This document shows positions 61,218-64,000 of a stretch of DNA of 64,000 nt, one piece after another. Source of the DNA: Minutocellus sp. GHC0000111. Taxonomy: Eukaryota. The first letter of the stretch is position 1. Every line of letters starts with the position of its first letter. A model generated the notes under the pieces. That model was not told where the DNA came from, made no database searches, and saw nothing but the letters and a program-made list of their open reading frames with translations. The position numbers were made by a program, and so were the translations under genes. The stretch is from positions 558,001-622,000 of the forward strand of contig OZ361258.1 of NCBI GenBank assembly GCA_977018835.1. Direction: 5' to 3'.

Positions 61218-62750
61218 TCACGAGCCAAAATACGATGGCTTTCGAAGGAATGAGCCCATGAACGTCATGCGCCTCTCTCTAGTAGCAGGCCTTCTTGGTA
61301 CATTCTCTCCCTCTTGCTGATTACTAGTACGTGTATTTGGTCCCATTTGGATTCCCGTCACGTTTCTATTTTCTTGATCATCCCCGACCTCAATCACATC
61401 GCCCAAGTCGATATTGTCCCCTTCCTTTTGCTCCATCTCAAGCTCCTCATCGACTGGAGCCTTGGCATTTCGCTCTTTCCATCCAAGCCAAACGCAGTAA
61501 GGCAAAGTGGCAACTAGTGCAGCACCGCATGAAAGGTTAACATTCTTTGCCTTGCCGTTTGCAGCCAATGCAATCAAATGAAACTGAACCAAGCTTATGA
61601 TCGCAGAGAGCAACAGGCCGAGGCCTGCTAAAGACCCATAATTTGCGTAACCGAAGCGTTTTCCAACATTGGTAAAATACATGCCAAAGACGAGCATCCG
61701 ACCGACGCTATACGTGGCCAGTCCAACACTCTGACTGTTGAGCGGGGCCGGCGAAGCCAAGATGAACATTGATGAAGCTACCAGCAACGTCGCCAGTGCT
61801 TGGGTTACCGCCAGCCCAAGCCTATCGGCGAGGTACCCACCGAATGGTGCAAGTAGAGCCGCCGAGGCATATAAAATGGAAAACAGAGCAGTAAAGAAGC
61901 CATCTTCGTCGCCCTTTGATTCGAGAATAAATCCGATCGAGCCAACATAGTACTGCAAGGGAATGATACAAACTGAAAACCAAGATAGCAGGGCAATGTA
62001 CTCGGAGTGGAAAAGCAACCTCCGTAATCTCTTCAGCCGCAAATACTTCTTTTTCCTTGCTTTGCATTCATTATTCCCGGTAGCCCCCGCATCTGCGTCT
62101 TCATCATCTCTTTCCTCATCTTCCTCGTTTGTTTCGGGCGCATGGGCAGAATGTTGTTCCTCCACAACAAAGGACGGGCCCATTGGAAGTAGTACTGCCG
62201 ATACAATTCCCAAAAGTGCCACAAGCAAGGCAAATCCAACAAATGAATGCATTCGATTGTCGGTAATACTCGTCAGTGCAAGAAAGATGAGGCCACTGAC
62301 CTGAAACGCTCCAGATAGCGAGGCCAAAATGGTTCCTGACTTGCTAAATTGGCCGGCCACCGGCTGCAAACAAAGCTGAGATCCCGATCCAAGACCAATT
62401 AGGAACATGGACGAAGCAAGTGCCGCGACGTTGCTCGCATCGCTCAGGGCAATCCCAAGCGAACCACCGATGACGCATAACAGTGACACCAACGTCGTTC
62501 GCTTCGTTCCGAATCGATCCCTGGCCAATCCAAAGAGAAATCTACCGCCCTGTGTACTCCATGCCCCTGCCGTATATATTGCGCCGAATTGCTCCTCGGA
62601 TTGGGTACTTCCGCCTTCGACCAGATTCCGCCGTAGGGCCGGCCAACCGTAGACCAAGCCGGCACAAAGTGAGACGACGACGAACGCAAGAGCGAAGAGC
62701 ACCCATTTCCGATTCCGACCGCATACTGGTGCCGCCAGTGGCATGGTCAT
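61218..62750 (-). CDS. MFS transporter, SLC43/LAT3-like
   Basis: AGLVYGWPAL, GLARDRFG, SLSGAFQVSG, GYLADRLG, FGYANYGSLAG; about 12 TM helices. Confidence 0.82.
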   Translation of the reverse strand: MTMPLAAPVCGRNRKWVLFALAFVVVSLCAGLVYGWPALRRNLVEGGSTQSEEQFGAIYTAGAWSTQGGRFLFGLARDRFGTKRTTLVSLLCVIGGSLGIALSDASNVAALASSMFLIGLGSGSQLCLQPVAGQFSKSGTILASLSGAFQVSGLIFLALTSITDNRMHSFVGFALLVALLGIVSAVLLPMGPSFVVEEQHSAHAPETNEEDEERDDEDADAGATGNNECKARKKKYLRLKRLRRLLFHSEYIALLSWFSVCIIPLQYYVGSIGFILESKGDEDGFFTALFSILYASAALLAPFGGYLADRLGLAVTQALATLLVASSMFILASPAPLNSQSVGLATYSVGRMLVFGMYFTNVGKRFGYANYGSLAGLGLLLSAIISLVQFHLIALAANGKAKNVNLSCGAALVATLPYCVWLGWKERNAKAPVDEELEMEQKEGDNIDLGDVIEVGDDQENRNVTGIQMGPNTRTSNQQEGENVPRRPATRERRMTFMGSFLRKPSYFGS

Positions 62751-63069
62751 TTGTTATAAATACGAATAGCGATAGCAGGAGCCGCCAGCCATCGCCATCG
62801 TTGGCACAAGCTTGGCTGCGATGGAAACCTGCTTACCGCACCATCGGTGCCTGGAGTTTGGCTGAGGGAGCTGATCGCCAAGCGGTTCTCTCAACTACTA
62901 CGCTCGTACTTTTCCTTTGCTGGCTCCCTGGAGTCGAGTGGTCGGCCGTCATCGTCACCAGTCTGCAAGTCCTATTTTCGACTGCTGAGAGAATCTCTTC
63001 GTACGTATTCTACGAGGCTACGTACCAATGGTAGCAGTCAAATCCAGCATCCAGCCATATCATTTTGCC

Positions 63070-64000
63070 ATGATGCTTCGTTTCTCCGTTGCCGCCGGCC
63101 TCGTGGCCTGCTGGTCCGGAGCGGCTCTCATCTCTACCATGCACTTATGCCCAGCCGAAGCATTCTCGTCGCCAGCTGCGTTCCAGTCGTCGGCGTCGCT
63201 CCGAGCCGCCGTCGTCAACGGCAACCCCAGAAAATCCAAGCGTGTCACACCAAGCGTATCTTTTGGATCCTGGAACCCGAACCACCTTGTTCCCATCCAC
63301 TCCACTCTCTTTTCCTCTGTGTCCGACGAAAAGAGTCAGCATTCTACCGATGATGTGGTCAACCAGGAGGACTTCACCGCCGTCCTCAAGCAGACGTTCG
63401 AATCGACCGAGACCAACATGCTCCTCGGCCAGCCCATCCCGTACAACTATCTGACCATTGGAGTTATGAAGGAAACCTACAAGGGGGAGAATCGTGTCAG
63501 TCTCAGTCCCGACGCTGTCGCTCTCCTCACCAAGGCTGGATTGGACGTGGTGGTGGAATCGGGCGGTAAGTGAATGAAGATTTGTTGCGATGCGAATGAA
63601 AAATTGTGTCTTCTACTACTTTATATGCTCACGAGATTTATTTACTTATGCTTCATTTTCATACATATTGCATATTGCAATGCAGCTGGAGAGAATGCCT
63701 CCTTTAGTGACGGAGCCTACGTTGAGGCCGGTGCCATCGTCCTTCCCGGATCCGAGCAGATCGTTGCCCAGGCGGACGTCATCACCAAGATCCGCCCACC
63801 CGACATGACCAACGGGGAGCTGGAGAAGCTCGCCGGCAAGACGTTGGTGGGCATGGTGTCGCCGGCGATCAACACCGACCTGTACGACGCCCTGGCGGCC
63901 CAGAATACCAACGTCTTTGCATTGGACTGTGTTCCCCGAATGCTGAGCCGGGCTCAAACCTATGACGTGCTAAGTAGTCAAGCTAACATTGCAGGATACC
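63070..64000 (+). CDS. NNT: NAD(P) transhydrogenase, domain I (3'-partial; intron 63566-63685)
   Basis: [68 protein letters not shown]. Confidence 0.92.

Overview
Eukaryotic nuclear DNA, almost certainly from a diatom. Evidence: GT-AG introns, ASAF-type bipartite plastid presequences, a theta-carbonic-anhydrase/LCIB domain, and a silaffin-like KxxK/RxL protein. The window holds about 22 host genes or gene fragments: SET methyltransferase, EGF membrane protein, TBL1, NDUFV1, theta-CA fusion, NPF/DPF adaptor, LipB, sulfotransferase-like, Sel1, silaffin-like, nucleotide-sugar transporter, histidine phosphatase, cyclophilin, Ufd2-core/UBC fusion, two MFS transporters, DUF1336, twin-CX9C and NAD(P) transhydrogenase. 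They are interspersed with decayed transposons: a DD39D Tc1/mariner, a mariner MITE, a PIF/Harbinger, a RAG1/Transib-like remnant and an RTE-like LINE. Four signals stand out. (1) A TpA->CpA/TpG ('reverse-RIP') mutation signature turns Tyr into Cys/His in the transposons and at conserved motifs of several host genes. (2) An MCM7 fragment is circularly permuted, implying a circular DNA intermediate. (3) A theta-CA is fused through a transmembrane helix to three Cys-pair/YLD-helix repeats, a candidate pyrenoid tether. (4) Host genes across the window carry frameshifts or truncations, from either a decaying copy or assembly indels. All calls come from reading the sequence by eye; no searches were run.
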